From assembly GCA_016209275.1 (NCBI GenBank), contig JACQWM010000029.1, positions 2,692 through 66,691 on the forward strand: DNA of 64,000 nucleotides, read 5' to 3'. Source of the DNA: Candidatus Omnitrophota bacterium (GTDB lineage Bacteria > Omnitrophota > Gorgyraeia > Aquiviventales > Aquiviventaceae). Positions 37,557-49,267 of the stretch are shown in pieces. Position numbers and translations under genes: made by a program. The notes under the pieces are model-generated. The model ran no database searches. It was not told the origin of the DNA and was given only the letters and a program-made list of their open reading frames with translations. The stretch's first letter is position 1. Every line of letters starts with the position of its first letter.

Positions 37557-39934
37557 CACGACACCGATCGGCTTCGTGCGACCGCGGCCAACTGCCCAAG
37601 CGCAATACCACCATCGTTGGGAGGTACCTGACGGTGCCAAAATGGTTCAAGGTCTTCGCGGCGCAAGCGAAGAATGGCGCGCTCAGTCAGCACGCGATTT
37701 TGGAAACAGCCGCCGCTGAGCACAACGCGCGGCAATCCAAGATGATGCGCGACCGTGACGATCGTTTCTGCCAACGCATTGTGGAACTTCGCGGCGATGA
37801 TGGCGGGCGGCACAAGCATTTTAAGATCCGAAAGAATCCCTCTGACCAGCGGCTCCCAATCCAGCTGCTGATGGAAATTCGCCTCGTGGAATATCGTGCA
37901 AGGGATCAATGGCATGGAATAGCTGTCGTCTGTCTCAGCGCGCTCGGCGGCATGCTCAAGCGCCATCGCGGCTTGGCCTTCGAATTGACGTCCGTGGTGC
38001 AGATTGAGCAGCGACGCGACCGCGTCAAACAGGCGGCCGATGCTCGTGGTCCACGGCGATTGCACACCGCGCGAAAGCATGGCGGCCAGTACCGCGCGCT
38101 CGCGATCGGTAAGGCTTGCGATGGGTGCCAGCCGCGGGAATAGCGTTAGCGTATCAGGCTCCATCGCGATGAGCAATCCTAACGCGCTGCGGCGCGGCTC
38201 GCGGATCGCCTGCTCCCCGCCCGGCAGCCGAAACGGCCGAAGGTGCGCTACCCGCTCAACTTTCCTGTCATCGACGGCAAAATATTCTCCGCCCCAGATC
38301 ATGCCGTCAGAACCCAATCCTGTGCCGTCCCAAGCTACGCCAAGCACAGCGTCGGAGAGCTCATTATCCGCCATGCACGAGAGCACATGCGCCACGTGAT
38401 GCTGGATCGGCACAACCGGCCGCGCCTGCCGCTTCGCCCACCGGCTGGACTCGTAGTCTGGATGCAGATCACACGCGATCATCGTTGGCATCGTGGCATA
38501 AAAGGTTTGCAACGATTCGATGGCGCGCGTGAAGCCGTCAATCGCCTGCGGCGTTTCCAAATCCCCAAGATGCTGGCTCAGCACCGCCTGGTCTCCGACG
38601 GCGATGGCCACGGTATTTTTCAGATGCGCGCCGACCGCAAGACATGGTGGTGGCTCACCAGCAAGATTCACCGGCAGCGGCGCGTAGCCGCGCGCTCGGC
38701 GCAACAGCAGCGGCCGATTGGCCACGATACGCACCACCGAATCATCCACATGGCGCGCAATCGGCCGGTCATGCACCAGCCAGACATCCGCCACCGAGGC
38801 TAATCGCTGCAAGGCCTCGCGCTCATCGGTGCAGATCGGCTCTTCCGACAGATTGCCGCTAGTCGCCACGACTGCGAATTCTAGCTCGCGCAGCAGCAGA
38901 TGATGGAGTGCTGTCATCGGCAGCATCACGCCAAGCCATGGATTCTTGGGTGCTACCGCCTCAGCGATCTGGATGTGTTCTCTTCGGCGACGGACCAAGA
39001 CGATCGGAGCCACGGTCGACTGGAGCACGTACCGTTCATCTTTTGTGACCTCGGCATGCGCTTCAATCATCTCCATTGACGGATACATGAGCGCAAACGG
39101 CTTGGCCTCCCGGCCTTTGCGCAAGCGCAACCGCTGCACCGCCTTTTCATTTCGCGCATCCGCCATCAGATGAAAACCGCCAAGCCCTTTGACCGCCACG
39201 ATGCGGCCGTCGCGAATCGCCTGCGCTGCGCGGATGAGCGCCTCATCGCGCGATGCGATCACTCCGCCGGCCGCATCCCAAAGCTGAAGCTGCGGGCCGC
39301 ATGCCGGGCACGCATTCGGCTCGGCATGGAACCGGCGATTCATCGGATCGTCGTATTCCGCGCGGCAATCATTGCACATGGCAAACCGCCGCATGGTGGT
39401 CTTCGCCCGGTCATACGGCAATTGCTCAATGATCGAAAAGCGCGGCCCGCAATGCGTGCAGTTAATGAACGGATAGCGAAACCGGCGATTGGACGGATCA
39501 CAACATTCGACGAGGCACGCCTCGCACGTCGCCAGATCCGGCAGCACGACCGCTGTCGGTGCGCCTTGGTCATCGCTTGGCCGAATAACAAACTGCGCCC
39601 CGCCCTCTGCGCCAATGGATTGCGCCTCGATGGTCTCAATCGCCGCCGGGGCTGGCAGCTCAGCGCCTAGCCGCTGTTGAAATGTTTCCAACTGCTCAGG
39701 CGAGCCTTCAATTTCAAGCGATATGCCGTGGCGGGTATTGACGACCCATCCGGAGAGCCGCAACTGCGTCGCTAACGTGTAGACAAACGGACGGAATCCC
39801 ACCCCCTGCACCGCACCGGTAATGGTCAGTCGCCGGCGCTGGAGCCCCACGTGCTTGCCCGTGGGGCGGAACCGCTCCGAAGCCTCCGGCGAAGGAGGGT
39901 GAATCGCAGGCTGTGTCAACGTGGTTGAAGTCAT
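37556..39934 (-). CDS. hypF: Carbamoyltransferase HypF
   Basis: VQGVGFRPF, CxxC zinc fingers, QHHVAH, NDGGIALGQ. Confidence 0.95.
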   Translation of the reverse strand: MTSTTLTQPAIHPPSPEASERFRPTGKHVGLQRRRLTITGAVQGVGFRPFVYTLATQLRLSGWVVNTRHGISLEIEGSPEQLETFQQRLGAELPAPAAIETIEAQSIGAEGGAQFVIRPSDDQGAPTAVVLPDLATCEACLVECCDPSNRRFRYPFINCTHCGPRFSIIEQLPYDRAKTTMRRFAMCNDCRAEYDDPMNRRFHAEPNACPACGPQLQLWDAAGGVIASRDEALIRAAQAIRDGRIVAVKGLGGFHLMADARNEKAVQRLRLRKGREAKPFALMYPSMEMIEAHAEVTKDERYVLQSTVAPIVLVRRRREHIQIAEAVAPKNPWLGVMLPMTALHHLLLRELEFAVVATSGNLSEEPICTDEREALQRLASVADVWLVHDRPIARHVDDSVVRIVANRPLLLRRARGYAPLPVNLAGEPPPCLAVGAHLKNTVAIAVGDQAVLSQHLGDLETPQAIDGFTRAIESLQTFYATMPTMIACDLHPDYESSRWAKRQARPVVPIQHHVAHVLSCMADNELSDAVLGVAWDGTGLGSDGMIWGGEYFAVDDRKVERVAHLRPFRLPGGEQAIREPRRSALGLLIAMEPDTLTLFPRLAPIASLTDRERAVLAAMLSRGVQSPWTTSIGRLFDAVASLLNLHHGRQFEGQAAMALEHAAERAETDDSYSMPLIPCTIFHEANFHQQLDWEPLVRGILSDLKMLVPPAIIAAKFHNALAETIVTVAHHLGLPRVVLSGGCFQNRVLTERAILRLRREDLEPFWHRQVPPNDGGIALGQLAAVARSRSVS

Positions 39935-39938
39935 GAGC

Positions 39939-40634
39939 CTACCTCCGAAGAAGCCTGCGCGCCAGTTCGTGGACTTCCTCATTGGCGAGTGCTTTCAGGC
40001 GCTTGCTGACCGTTCTGTAGAAATACGTTTTCTCCGTATTGGTCATCTCTGCGCCCTCCGCTCGCTTTCGTAACAACTCTTTTTGACGAGGCGTGAAGAG
40101 CTCGGAGAGCAAGAGTTCAAATTCCAAGGCATGCGTCTTCTCCCTGTCCTCCACTCCCTCCCGCGCGTTAACATAATACGTCCGGAAGGTATTTTTCAGT
40201 CGTTCCGTGGACAGCTCAAAACCGTTCATGGCCAGCGGCTCTGATTTCAGGAAGTGTGATTCGACATTCCGAAGGGTGTCCTCTCCATTCTTGCACTTGA
40301 AGAGCAGCGTCCGCGCACGCTCTTGCAAACTCTTCTCCAGGCCAAACAACCGAAAGAGGACGTAACTGAGCGCTAATAAACGGGCGAGACGCTGTGACCT
40401 CATCACCCCCAGCGCTTTCTCTGGGTTCCAATTGGGTGACTCCCATCGCAGATTCGTCTTTTCACGCAGGGCGTTCAGGAGAACGACTGCGAAGCCCTCT
40501 ACGATGCGGCTTTCCCGCTGTCGCAACAGGCGTTCGAGCACCGTTTCAGGATCGCTGCGACGCACGGGCCTCATGAGGGGGTAACCATACGCAGCCAATT
40601 GTTCTACGAGCGCGTGTGTATCATGCGGCGTCAT
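39939..40634 (-). CDS. Hypothetical protein with possible C-terminal HTH
   Basis: 231-aa ORF; LFTPRQKELL..TNTEKTYFYRTVSKRL. Confidence 0.6.
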   Translation of the reverse strand: MTPHDTHALVEQLAAYGYPLMRPVRRSDPETVLERLLRQRESRIVEGFAVVLLNALREKTNLRWESPNWNPEKALGVMRSQRLARLLALSYVLFRLFGLEKSLQERARTLLFKCKNGEDTLRNVESHFLKSEPLAMNGFELSTERLKNTFRTYYVNAREGVEDREKTHALEFELLLSELFTPRQKELLRKRAEGAEMTNTEKTYFYRTVSKRLKALANEEVHELARRLLRR

Positions 40635-40954
40635 TTCGAAACACCCCTCGCCTTGGTCAGGAAGTGCTTGAGATTCTTGATGACACGCTCCTCGCTGACC
40701 TCATAGCGTGCGGTTTCTCGATATCGTTCCTCGAGCGCTCGAAGACTGACAGCTTCGTGCTCGAGCAATGTAAGACACGGGCATGTATATTTTTTGGCAC
40801 TCATCTGTTCGCTCGACGTGCAATGACCTCCAGATGTTGCTGTGGTGTCTGGTAGTCCAGCGATTCATGGATACGCTCAGTTTTTGGAAAATCCTGGACG
40901 GTGCTCATGTTACAGATAGCTCAGGCGGAGTCAGGAGTTTCAAGGCGGCGGTCA

Positions 40955-42160
40955 CTACTTTTCTCCGCCAGAGCCGAGAAGCGTGCCCTGCGCGAGCGGG
41001 GCTTCGAGAAACTGCTGCACGCTCAACGCTGAGCCGCCGACCGTGATGGTCTTGGCGACGGGGTAGCGCTTGATGAACGCCGTCAGGCCTGGGTGCGCCA
41101 TCCGTCGCGATCCGCTTTTGACCTCAATCGCCGTCACACCAGCACCCTTGCGCGCCACGAAATCCACCTCCTCGTTCCCTTCCCGCCAATAAAACACCTC
41201 GACCCCTTCGCTCGCACCGCGATTGACCAGATGCGCGCCGACCGTCACTTCGACCAACCGTCCCCATCGCTGCGGATCCGCCCGCCACTCTGCAAAGGAT
41301 TGGTTGCTCAGGGCGGTCATCAATCCCGTGCTCAGCGGCAGCCATTTCGGGCTTGAGCCTCGTCGGCGGACAGCAGACCCCGACCACTTGGGCAGACCGC
41401 GCAGCAGGAACGCCGATTCCAACAGGCGCTGATACGACGCCAATGTTTCGGTATGCCCGGCATCAGCCAATTGGCCCAGGATTTTTTGATACGACAGGAC
41501 TTGCCCGCCGTACTCGCAGGCGAGCACGAAGAGCTGGCGCAGCAGGGCAGGTTTGTCGACGCGGTTGAGCAGCAGGATGTCTTTCGAGATGGCGGTCTCG
41601 ATCAGCGAATCCTGCACATACTGGCGCCACCGCAGCTCATCAGCGATCAGCGCGGCAGCGCCCGGGTAGCCGCCGAAGTACACGTACTGATCCAGGGACC
41701 AGCCGAAGGCGTCACGGCATTCGGTCCAGGACCACTGAGGGCACCGGATGACCTCGAAGCGTCCGGCCAGACTTTCCTCCAACCCGCGCTGGACCAACAA
41801 CGACGAGGAGCCAAGAATCACGACGTGTAATTGACGCTTCAGACGCGCATCTTCATCCCAGAGCCGCTTGACCTCGATCGACCAGTGGGATACGCGCTGC
41901 ACCTCATCGAGCACCAAGACCGCCGGGGCTCCGGCGTGGCATTGCATCCGCGCGCGGTCCCACTGTTGCGCAATCCATTCAGTCGCGGGCGGAGCCGGCA
42001 GATCGGCGGCGGCATAATGCGACGGCATCGTAAGCTCACTGAGCACCTGCTGGATGGCAGTCGTCTTGCCCACCTGGCGCGGCCCGGTGATCACCTGCAC
42101 AAAACGCCGCGGTTCACCCAACCGATGGCTGATGATCTTTGTAATATCTCGTTTATACAT
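40955..42160 (-). CDS. AAA_14 ATPase with DUF4143 domain
   Basis: GPRQVGKTT, LDEVQ, LGSS, GGYPG, EVDFV..IEVKS. Confidence 0.9.
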   Translation of the reverse strand: MYKRDITKIISHRLGEPRRFVQVITGPRQVGKTTAIQQVLSELTMPSHYAAADLPAPPATEWIAQQWDRARMQCHAGAPAVLVLDEVQRVSHWSIEVKRLWDEDARLKRQLHVVILGSSSLLVQRGLEESLAGRFEVIRCPQWSWTECRDAFGWSLDQYVYFGGYPGAAALIADELRWRQYVQDSLIETAISKDILLLNRVDKPALLRQLFVLACEYGGQVLSYQKILGQLADAGHTETLASYQRLLESAFLLRGLPKWSGSAVRRRGSSPKWLPLSTGLMTALSNQSFAEWRADPQRWGRLVEVTVGAHLVNRGASEGVEVFYWREGNEEVDFVARKGAGVTAIEVKSGSRRMAHPGLTAFIKRYPVAKTITVGGSALSVQQFLEAPLAQGTLLGSGGEK

Positions 42161-42214
42161 AGATAGTTAGCTCTATGAGTAATTTTACTCAATTGTGTGA
42201 GAAATATCAAGCTG

Positions 42215-42673
42215 CTACAGGACTTCGCGCGCGATCGATGTGACGACGCGGTCAATGGCCTGGGTAACCGATGGGCTGATGGTCGTACCGGCGTCGAACC
42301 GTTCGCCTTCGATGCCGTAGACAATCAGCTCGGCCGGCAGCCGGCCCATCGCCCGCGCCAGCTCCACCGCCTCAGCCACTCCAATGGCATGTGTCGACGA
42401 GGACCCGAAGACCTGAACCGGCAGCGGCTGATCATGCGCGGTAAAGCGATGCACGGTGCCGGCGGCCGAGCCTGATCGCACCGCGTCAATCAGAATGACG
42501 CGCGCTGTCTTGGGCCACTGCGCCATGAGGCTGATCCCTTCGCCGCCGGCTTCCTGAATGATGGCCGCTTTCCCCACCAGCGGCTGCAGCCGCCGCGCAG
42601 CCAGCAGACCTGCGGCGTCATCGCCGGCATACGCGTTGCCGATCCCAATAATGACCGTGTGTTTAGCGTTCAA
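42215..42673 (-). CDS. Hydrogenase maturation protease
   Basis: [20 protein letters not shown]. Confidence 0.9.
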   Translation of the reverse strand: MNAKHTVIIGIGNAYAGDDAAGLLAARRLQPLVGKAAIIQEAGGEGISLMAQWPKTARVILIDAVRSGSAAGTVHRFTAHDQPLPVQVFGSSSTHAIGVAEAVELARAMGRLPAELIVYGIEGERFDAGTTISPSVTQAIDRVVTSIAREVL

Positions 42674-43946
42674 CGGTGAGTTTCAGGAAATGGGTCGCGC
42701 AGGAAATGCACGGATCATAGTTGCGGATCGCCTGCTCGCACTGCCACTGCAGCTGATCGTCGGGAAGGTCAATGCGCGGGGGGATGAATGTTCGCAAATC
42801 TTCTTCAATCATGCGCTGATTCTGCGAGGTGGGCGGCACGATCTTCGCCTCCACGATGTGCCCCTCGGCATCCAATTGATACCGATGGTACAGGATGCCG
42901 CGCGGAGCTTCGCTGCAGCCGAATCCTGTCGCTGCGCGGGGTTCAACCGGCACGAATGGCTTCGGCGGCGGCTCATACGCATCGATGATCCGCAGCGCTT
43001 CATCGCAGGCATACAGGACTTCCACCGCCCGGACGATGATGCTTTGAAATGGATTATTGCATGTCAGACCAAGCCCAGCACTCCGCGCCGCCTCCTGGGC
43101 GATCGGGGACAGCTTATCAAAGTTGAGACTGTAGCGGGCCATCGGACCCACATGATACGACCCCCGGGCTTGTAATTTCGCATGCAGCGCATTCGAGTGC
43201 GGTACCTGCTCTTCGACGACATGCTGCTCAAAGTCGCTGACAGCAATATCCAGTCCTTTGTTCGAGACGAGGCGGCCCTCGTTGAACGGATACTCATCGG
43301 GATGCCTCAGGGCGACGTATTCATACGGCTGGGAAAATTCTGGAAACGAAAGCTTCGCGACCCATGCCACCGTCTCGCGGGCGGCATCGCGAGCCCATTT
43401 CAGCTCCTCGGCCAGCGGGCCGAGCTCCGCTTGTGTCGGCACCCGGTAAAATCCTCCGACGCGAACGTTGATGGGATGGATTTCCCGGCCGCCGATGAGC
43501 GACATGATCGCGTTACCGGCCTTTTTCAAACGGAGGGCTCGCTCCACGATCTGCGGATGCGCCTTCGCCATCTGAATGGCATCCTCGCACCCTAGAAAAT
43601 CCGGGGCGTGCAAAAAAAAGATGTGCAGCGCGTGGCTTTCGATCCACTCGCCGCAGTAGATCAGCCGCCGGAGCGCTCGCAATTGTCCATCCACCGTCAC
43701 CCCGCAGGCATCCTCCATCGCATGCGTAGCACTCATCTGATACGCGATCGGACAAATGCCGCAGATGCGCGCGGTGATGTCCGGGGCCTCGGTAAAATCC
43801 CGGCCGCGCAGAAACGCCTCAAAGAACCGCGGCGGCTCATAGATCTTCAATTGCACGTCGGTGACCGCGCGGTCTTTGATTTTGATCAGCAAAGCCCCTT
43901 CGCCCTCGACCCTGGCTAAGGCCCCCACCGAAATTGTCTTATGCAT
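42663..43946 (-). CDS. Group 3b [NiFe] hydrogenase large (alpha) subunit
   Basis: RVEGEG, RICGIC (L1), DPCISCATH (L2) with cleavable tail. Confidence 0.92.
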   Translation of the reverse strand: MHKTISVGALARVEGEGALLIKIKDRAVTDVQLKIYEPPRFFEAFLRGRDFTEAPDITARICGICPIAYQMSATHAMEDACGVTVDGQLRALRRLIYCGEWIESHALHIFFLHAPDFLGCEDAIQMAKAHPQIVERALRLKKAGNAIMSLIGGREIHPINVRVGGFYRVPTQAELGPLAEELKWARDAARETVAWVAKLSFPEFSQPYEYVALRHPDEYPFNEGRLVSNKGLDIAVSDFEQHVVEEQVPHSNALHAKLQARGSYHVGPMARYSLNFDKLSPIAQEAARSAGLGLTCNNPFQSIIVRAVEVLYACDEALRIIDAYEPPPKPFVPVEPRAATGFGCSEAPRGILYHRYQLDAEGHIVEAKIVPPTSQNQRMIEEDLRTFIPPRIDLPDDQLQWQCEQAIRNYDPCISCATHFLKLTVER

Positions 43947-44718
43947 GGGCGCTTTCGGTTCGAAACGGCTCGGCGTTGGCGTTAAAGGTCCGATACAGGC
44001 GCTGCCGTTGCTCCTCGCTCACACCGAGCACCGTCAACTGGCGGCTGAGCGAGGCGGTGTTCGCGGCCTCTTTCGGTCCGAAGCATCCGTAGCAGCCGCG
44101 ATGGTACGCGGGACAGATCGCCCCGCAGCCGGCATGCGTCACCGGCCCAAGGCACGGAATGCCCTGGGCCACCATCACGCAGACGGTGCCGCGCCGCTTG
44201 CATTCGATGCACACGCTGGCCGACGACACATTTGGTTTGCGCCCTTTCAAGAATGCGCTGAGCACTTCCACGAGCTGCTGCTTGTTGATCGGGCAGCCGC
44301 GCAGCTCAAAGTCCACCTTCACATGTTCGGCGATCGCCGTCGATGTCGCCAGCGTTTCGATGTATTCCGGCTTGGCATAGACGACCGAGAGAAACTCGCG
44401 CACGTGGCCGAAGTTGCGCAGCGCTTGGATCCCGCCGGCGGTGGCACACGCCCCGATCGTCACCAGGAATTTGGACGCCTTGCGCACCTGCGTGATGCGC
44501 TGGGCGTCATGCGGAGTCGTAATCGAGCCTTCCACCAAGGACAGGTCATACGGCCCTTTGACCACCGCGCGCGAGGCTTCAAGAAAATTGGCGATCTCGA
44601 CTTTTCCAGCGATGGCGAGCAGCTCATCTTCGCAATCGAGCAGGCTGAGCTGGCAGCCGTCGCATGAGGCGAATTTCCAGACGGCCAGTTTCGGCCGTTT
44701 CGGCGTACGCGCGCGCAT
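43939..44718 (-). CDS. Group 3b hydrogenase small (delta) subunit
   Basis: SCDGCQ, GACA, GCP, C-terminal Fe-S cysteines. Confidence 0.9.
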   Translation of the reverse strand: MRARTPKRPKLAVWKFASCDGCQLSLLDCEDELLAIAGKVEIANFLEASRAVVKGPYDLSLVEGSITTPHDAQRITQVRKASKFLVTIGACATAGGIQALRNFGHVREFLSVVYAKPEYIETLATSTAIAEHVKVDFELRGCPINKQQLVEVLSAFLKGRKPNVSSASVCIECKRRGTVCVMVAQGIPCLGPVTHAGCGAICPAYHRGCYGCFGPKEAANTASLSRQLTVLGVSEEQRQRLYRTFNANAEPFRTESAHA

Positions 44719-44719
44719 A

Positions 44720-45640
44720 TTAAATTTCCCGCCATTCAATCCACGAATGCAACGCCGAATACGGCAGCACCGGGCCGTTTTTGCAGATGAACATCGGGCC
44801 GAATTGGCAATGGCCGCACGTGCCGATGGCGCATTTCATGTTCCGCTCCATCGAGGCGAAGATGCGATCAACCGTCGCTCCCCGCTTGATCAGTTCGCGG
44901 GCGGAGAAACGCATCATGACTTCCGGCCCGCACATCATCGCCATGGTGTTGGACGGGTCGAACGTGGCGCGATGGAACAGCGCGGTCACCACGCCCACAT
45001 GCCCGCGCCACTCGGCCGTGGCCCGATCCACGGTGACATGCACCTCCAGATCGAATCGCCCGCGCCACCGTTCCAGCTCTTTGCGGAAGAGCATGTCCTC
45101 GGGGCTGCGCGTGCCGTAGAGCAGCGCAATGCGCCCATAGCGATCGCGATGGGCCATCAGCTCCAGCACCGCCGGCCGCAGCGGGGCCAGCCCGATGCCG
45201 CCGGCGACGATCACGACATCATGGCCTTCGGCTTCGCGCAGCGGCCACGCGCTGCCGAAGGGCCCGCGCACGCCGACCGCGGCCCCTCGCTTTAACCCGC
45301 ACAACGCCTTCGTCACCGCCCCCACGACCCGGGTCGTATGGATGAAATGCTGCGGCTGCCGAGGGCTGCCGCTGATCGAAATCGGGATCTCCCCCACGCC
45401 GAAGACGTACACCATGTTGAACTGCCCCGGCGAAAACGCGCAGGAAGCGGCGCCATCAGACGGCCCCGGCCCGACCCGTGCCGCCCGCCCCGACACGTGG
45501 CGGGCCGGGGGGACGGGCTGCAACGCCAGTGTTGAGGTATCAGCGGTTTCCCGGCGTACCGACTGGACCTTGAACACGCGCGGCACCATCGGATCCTCGC
45601 GCGTTGCGATCGTGGGATTAGGCGCTACTTGTGTAGACAT
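44720..45640 (-). CDS. Group 3b hydrogenase FAD/NAD(P)-binding (gamma) subunit
   Basis: [32 protein letters not shown]. Confidence 0.9.
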   Translation of the reverse strand: MSTQVAPNPTIATREDPMVPRVFKVQSVRRETADTSTLALQPVPPARHVSGRAARVGPGPSDGAASCAFSPGQFNMVYVFGVGEIPISISGSPRQPQHFIHTTRVVGAVTKALCGLKRGAAVGVRGPFGSAWPLREAEGHDVVIVAGGIGLAPLRPAVLELMAHRDRYGRIALLYGTRSPEDMLFRKELERWRGRFDLEVHVTVDRATAEWRGHVGVVTALFHRATFDPSNTMAMMCGPEVMMRFSARELIKRGATVDRIFASMERNMKCAIGTCGHCQFGPMFICKNGPVLPYSALHSWIEWREI

Positions 45641-46085
45641 CCAAGAGTTGCAACCTCGTGGCTTGCAAACGCTGGCCAAGGAGCTGGGTGAAGCGTTTCA
45701 TCAACTCAAAGCCGAGTTTGGGATCGTGCTCGCATTTGCCGCGCAGACAGGTGGCGTCGAAGGCCAGCGCTCGCGTCAACTCAACTGCCCGGGCGTCAAA
45801 CTGCTTGGTGTGCGGCGGGACGATCCACGACCAGCCAAGGACATCACCATCATCCAACGTTTCGATGGTAATCGCGACGCGGCCAGGCACGGCGATCTCA
45901 AGCGCAACCTTCCCTTGGCGAATCGCGAAGAATCGATTCGCTTGATCGCCTTCGCGAAACAGGTATTGTCCCGGCTGAAACACGACGTTCGACGCGCAGC
46001 CGGCCAGCAAATGCAGATACGCCTGGTCCAACTCTTTGAAAAACGGATGTGCGGCGAGAAAGGCGTCAAGCGGTTGTTCCTGCAT
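45618..46085 (-). CDS. Stand-alone cyclic-nucleotide-binding (Crp-type) domain protein
   Basis: [21 protein letters not shown]; no HTH. Confidence 0.85.
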   Translation of the reverse strand: MQEQPLDAFLAAHPFFKELDQAYLHLLAGCASNVVFQPGQYLFREGDQANRFFAIRQGKVALEIAVPGRVAITIETLDDGDVLGWSWIVPPHTKQFDARAVELTRALAFDATCLRGKCEHDPKLGFELMKRFTQLLGQRLQATRLQLLDVYTSSA

Positions 46086-47217
46086 GGCCGGTGTCCTCCT
46101 GTGAATTGGCGCGAAGCGCTTTGACTTCTTCGGTCAGGTCGATGCCCACCGGGCACCAGGTGATGCACCGGCCGCAGCCGACACAGCCTGACGTGCCGAA
46201 CTGATCGATCCACGTCGCGAGCTTATGCGTCAGCCATTGGCGGTAGCGGGAGCGGATCGATGAGCGCACGCTGCCGCCGTGGAGATAGGAAAAATCCGCG
46301 GTGAAGCACGAATCCCACTTGCGCACGCGCTCGGCCTGCTTGCCGGAGAGATCCGAGACATCCTCCACCGTCGTGCAAAAGCAGGTCGGGCAGACCATCG
46401 TGCAGTTCGCGCAAGCCAGGCAGCGCGAGGCGACATCATCCCATCGCGGGTGCTCATAATTTTTATAGAAGAGCTCTTTCATGCCGGTGGTATCCATCTG
46501 CCGCCCCATCTGCTTGGCGGCCTGCTCAGAGCCGCGCTGAGCCTGGGCCAGGTCCTCGGCGCTGGCGGCTGGGAGGGCGAGCTCGCGCACCAACTCTTCT
46601 CCGCGCGGACTGCCGACCTCGAGTACAAAATAGTGCTGGTCTGTGGTGAGAATTTCCGTCAGGGCGAGATCAAAGCCTGTGGTGGCTTTGGGGCCGGTCT
46701 TCATTGAGACGCAAAAACACGTCCCGCCGGCCTGGGTGCAGTTGACGGCGATGATGAAGAGCTGCTCGCGGCGCGCGGCATAGACCGGATCGACCGCCGG
46801 CCCTTGGAGAAACACCCGATCCTGCACCGCAATGGCTGCGATTTCGCAGGCGCGCACGCCGAGGAGCGCTTGGCGCGGAGCCTCCGGGGGTTCAGGAATC
46901 ACGCGAAAGCCGTCAGGCTCGCTCACTGCGCTCCAGAGCCGATGGACCGGCGGCAGCAAAAATTTCTTCCAGCTCTGCGGCCCGACGACAAAACCGAACA
47001 CCGCCTGGTCATGGCGGCGTTTGAGGCGATACGTCCCGGCCTCCTGCTCTTCGGTCCAGCCGATGGGCAGCTCATCCACCGAGGAGAGCCGGTCATAGAC
47101 GATGGCGCTCTCGCGCACGGTGGGGCCGATAATCTGGTAGCCGCGGCGCGTTAAGGCATCGAATAATCGCGGCAGGTCGGTCCGACTGAGGGCTGCCGTA
47201 GCGGGTTGAGAAGGCAT
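46066..47217 (-). CDS. Group 3b hydrogenase Fe-S (beta) subunit
   Basis: [16 protein letters not shown] and [12 protein letters not shown]. Confidence 0.9.
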   Translation of the reverse strand: MPSQPATAALSRTDLPRLFDALTRRGYQIIGPTVRESAIVYDRLSSVDELPIGWTEEQEAGTYRLKRRHDQAVFGFVVGPQSWKKFLLPPVHRLWSAVSEPDGFRVIPEPPEAPRQALLGVRACEIAAIAVQDRVFLQGPAVDPVYAARREQLFIIAVNCTQAGGTCFCVSMKTGPKATTGFDLALTEILTTDQHYFVLEVGSPRGEELVRELALPAASAEDLAQAQRGSEQAAKQMGRQMDTTGMKELFYKNYEHPRWDDVASRCLACANCTMVCPTCFCTTVEDVSDLSGKQAERVRKWDSCFTADFSYLHGGSVRSSIRSRYRQWLTHKLATWIDQFGTSGCVGCGRCITWCPVGIDLTEEVKALRANSQEDTGHAGTTA

Positions 47218-47247
47218 GGGGGTTCGCCTGTTCGCGCTCGACTCACC

Positions 47248-47973
47248 TCAGCTGCCGAACGTAAAATCCGCGGTAGACGACTGGCCGGCCTGCACCGTGA
47301 TCGGTGCCTGCCGAGTGCCGAGCTTCTCGTGCCAGGCTTCGAGCGTGTAGGTGCCTGGCGGCAGATCCTTGATGGTGAATGCGCCGTCATCGCCGGTGAC
47401 GGCGAAGAACGGATGGGCAAGCACGTGCAGGTAGGCGACCATCCAATAGTGCACGTCGCATTTCAGCGGAATGCCGATTTCTTGCTGCTGCATCACCTTC
47501 GTGGTCTTCATGCCCTTCGTCGGCTGGGCGATGTTGAACCGCTGGCCGAGCTTGGATTGCGCGCGCACGTTGTGCAGCACATCGTCGTTGTTGATCACTT
47601 CGATCGGCTGGCCGGCCATGGCGGCCGCCACGTGCGGGAGGAACACGCAGCCAGTCTGCGCATAGGTCACCGGGGTCGCCGGCGGCGCGTACGTGCCGGG
47701 CACGGTGCTAGTGACGTAGACCAACACGTTCTTCAAGGTGCCGTTGCCATTGACGACGATTTCTTCGCCCATCGGCATCTGGTCTCCATGCGCGATCGCG
47801 CACTGCTTTTCCGCGCCGAAGTTCAGCGGCTTACGGGTCGGCGGCGTCCCCGCAAACGCCACGTTGCCGCTGACCGTGGCCCCGTCAGCCGCCCAGACCA
47901 TCGGTCCTCGAGCCCCTGCCAGCAGCGCGGTGATGAGCATGATCATCCACCATCGTCCCTGCGTGCGTGTCAT
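47248..47973 (-). CDS. Exported cupredoxin-like/carboxypeptidase-regulatory-like domain protein
   Basis: Signal peptide, HNV..CDVHYWM type-1-Cu-like motif, LPPGTYTLEAWHE. Confidence 0.7.
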   Translation of the reverse strand: MTRTQGRWWMIMLITALLAGARGPMVWAADGATVSGNVAFAGTPPTRKPLNFGAEKQCAIAHGDQMPMGEEIVVNGNGTLKNVLVYVTSTVPGTYAPPATPVTYAQTGCVFLPHVAAAMAGQPIEVINNDDVLHNVRAQSKLGQRFNIAQPTKGMKTTKVMQQQEIGIPLKCDVHYWMVAYLHVLAHPFFAVTGDDGAFTIKDLPPGTYTLEAWHEKLGTRQAPITVQAGQSSTADFTFGS

Positions 47974-48425
47974 CGCTTCTCCTCCTTGTGTGCGTTGAGC
48001 AGCTCCTGAAAGGTCCGGACGCGTCCATGGGTGGCCGAGGCGAGTTGTTGCGCCTCCTCGAGGGTCGAGAGCGCGACGATCCCTCCACCCATGGGTGTCG
48101 CCATCTCTCGACTCTCGACGAAGACCGCGGCGTGCGCCGGCAGCCACTGCTGCGCCTGATACGCATGCACCCAGATGCGCATCGGGATCTGCTGACGCTG
48201 CGGCAGGCCGCGCGTCAGGCAGCCGATGTCGTCAAAGTGCGCTCTGGTCCCGTCAGCCAGCGTCACTGAGGCTGAAAACCTCGCTTCGCTGATGATCATG
48301 TGGCATGTGGCGCACGCATCCTCTCCAATACGAATGCGCGGGGGCGCATCGAGCGCGGGGCCCCCGCAGCCGAGTACCATGACGCTCAGCCCCGCAGCAA
48401 TCGACCGCGCCGCAGCGCCGCTCAT
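47970..48425 (-). CDS. nosL: Copper chaperone lipoprotein NosL
   Basis: Lipobox VLGC, CATCHMII, FDDIGC, TPMGGG. Confidence 0.85.
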   Translation of the reverse strand: MSGAAARSIAAGLSVMVLGCGGPALDAPPRIRIGEDACATCHMIISEARFSASVTLADGTRAHFDDIGCLTRGLPQRQQIPMRIWVHAYQAQQWLPAHAAVFVESREMATPMGGGIVALSTLEEAQQLASATHGRVRTFQELLNAHKEEKR

Positions 48426-49258
48426 AAGGCGCCTCGACGCTGAAAGCCTGCCCATGCCAGGCCGACGGTCAACGCCATCCACCCGCAAAGCAGACTGATG
48501 AGCAGCGGCAGCAGCCATCCCCCCAGCACCGAGGCGGCGTAGAGCCCTGAGGATCCTAATCCCTCCAGATGGCCTTGCAGCGCTTGCGTCGCCGCCAGCT
48601 TGAAGACCTGTGCTGGGTTGCCGAGTGAGAGCCATAAGAGTTGCCCGGCACTCAGGCGCAGCACGATCGCCGTGCCCATCATCCCAAGATCGCTCAGCAG
48701 CACAACGCCCAGCCACACCACGATCGCCAGGCTCATCGCCGTGTTGGTGCGCCCGGTGAGCACGGAGATCAGCAGACCTAACCCAAGGTGAACGCACCCC
48801 AACAGCAGGGTCAGGCTGATCACGGCCAGATACGCGCCCATCTCGCTAAGGCCCGCGGCACGCGCGATCAACACCCCGCTCACACTGCATCCGAGCAGCA
48901 CCACCGCGCCGAGGGCTGCGGCCGCACCAAAAAATTTTCCCAGCAGCACCTCGCCGATCGTCACCGGCTGGGCTAGCAGCGTCAACAAGGTGCCGCGCTC
49001 GCGCTCACCGGCCACGCTGACGGCGCCGATCAGTAGCCCCATCAGCGGCACAATCAGCACGATCAGATTGACCAGGCTCGCCGCCGTGCGGCCGAACCCG
49101 GCGATGCCTAACCCGCCCAGCCCGGAAAGGCCCAACCCGCTGAGGCCCAACGAGAGGACGGTAAACAACGCCGTAAACAGCGCAAACCACCGATGCCGGC
49201 GCGCTTCCCGCAGCTCCTTGCGCATGATGATGAACACCGTCGATGCATCCATGACCAC
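48422..49258 (-). CDS. nosY: ABC permease NosY
   Basis: ERERGTLLTLLAQP, LLGKF; nos context. Confidence 0.85.
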   Translation of the reverse strand: MVMDASTVFIIMRKELREARRHRWFALFTALFTVLSLGLSGLGLSGLGGLGIAGFGRTAASLVNLIVLIVPLMGLLIGAVSVAGERERGTLLTLLAQPVTIGEVLLGKFFGAAAALGAVVLLGCSVSGVLIARAAGLSEMGAYLAVISLTLLLGCVHLGLGLLISVLTGRTNTAMSLAIVVWLGVVLLSDLGMMGTAIVLRLSAGQLLWLSLGNPAQVFKLAATQALQGHLEGLGSSGLYAASVLGGWLLPLLISLLCGWMALTVGLAWAGFQRRGAL

Positions 49259-49267
49259 ATCCTTGAA

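Noticed and set aside
35145-39934. Absence of hypA/hypB
   Set aside because: These genes are often encoded elsewhere; cannot be judged from one window
45618-46085. cNMP-domain gene inside the hydrogenase operon as a novelty
   Set aside because: To my recollection this arrangement is common in bacterial group 3b operons
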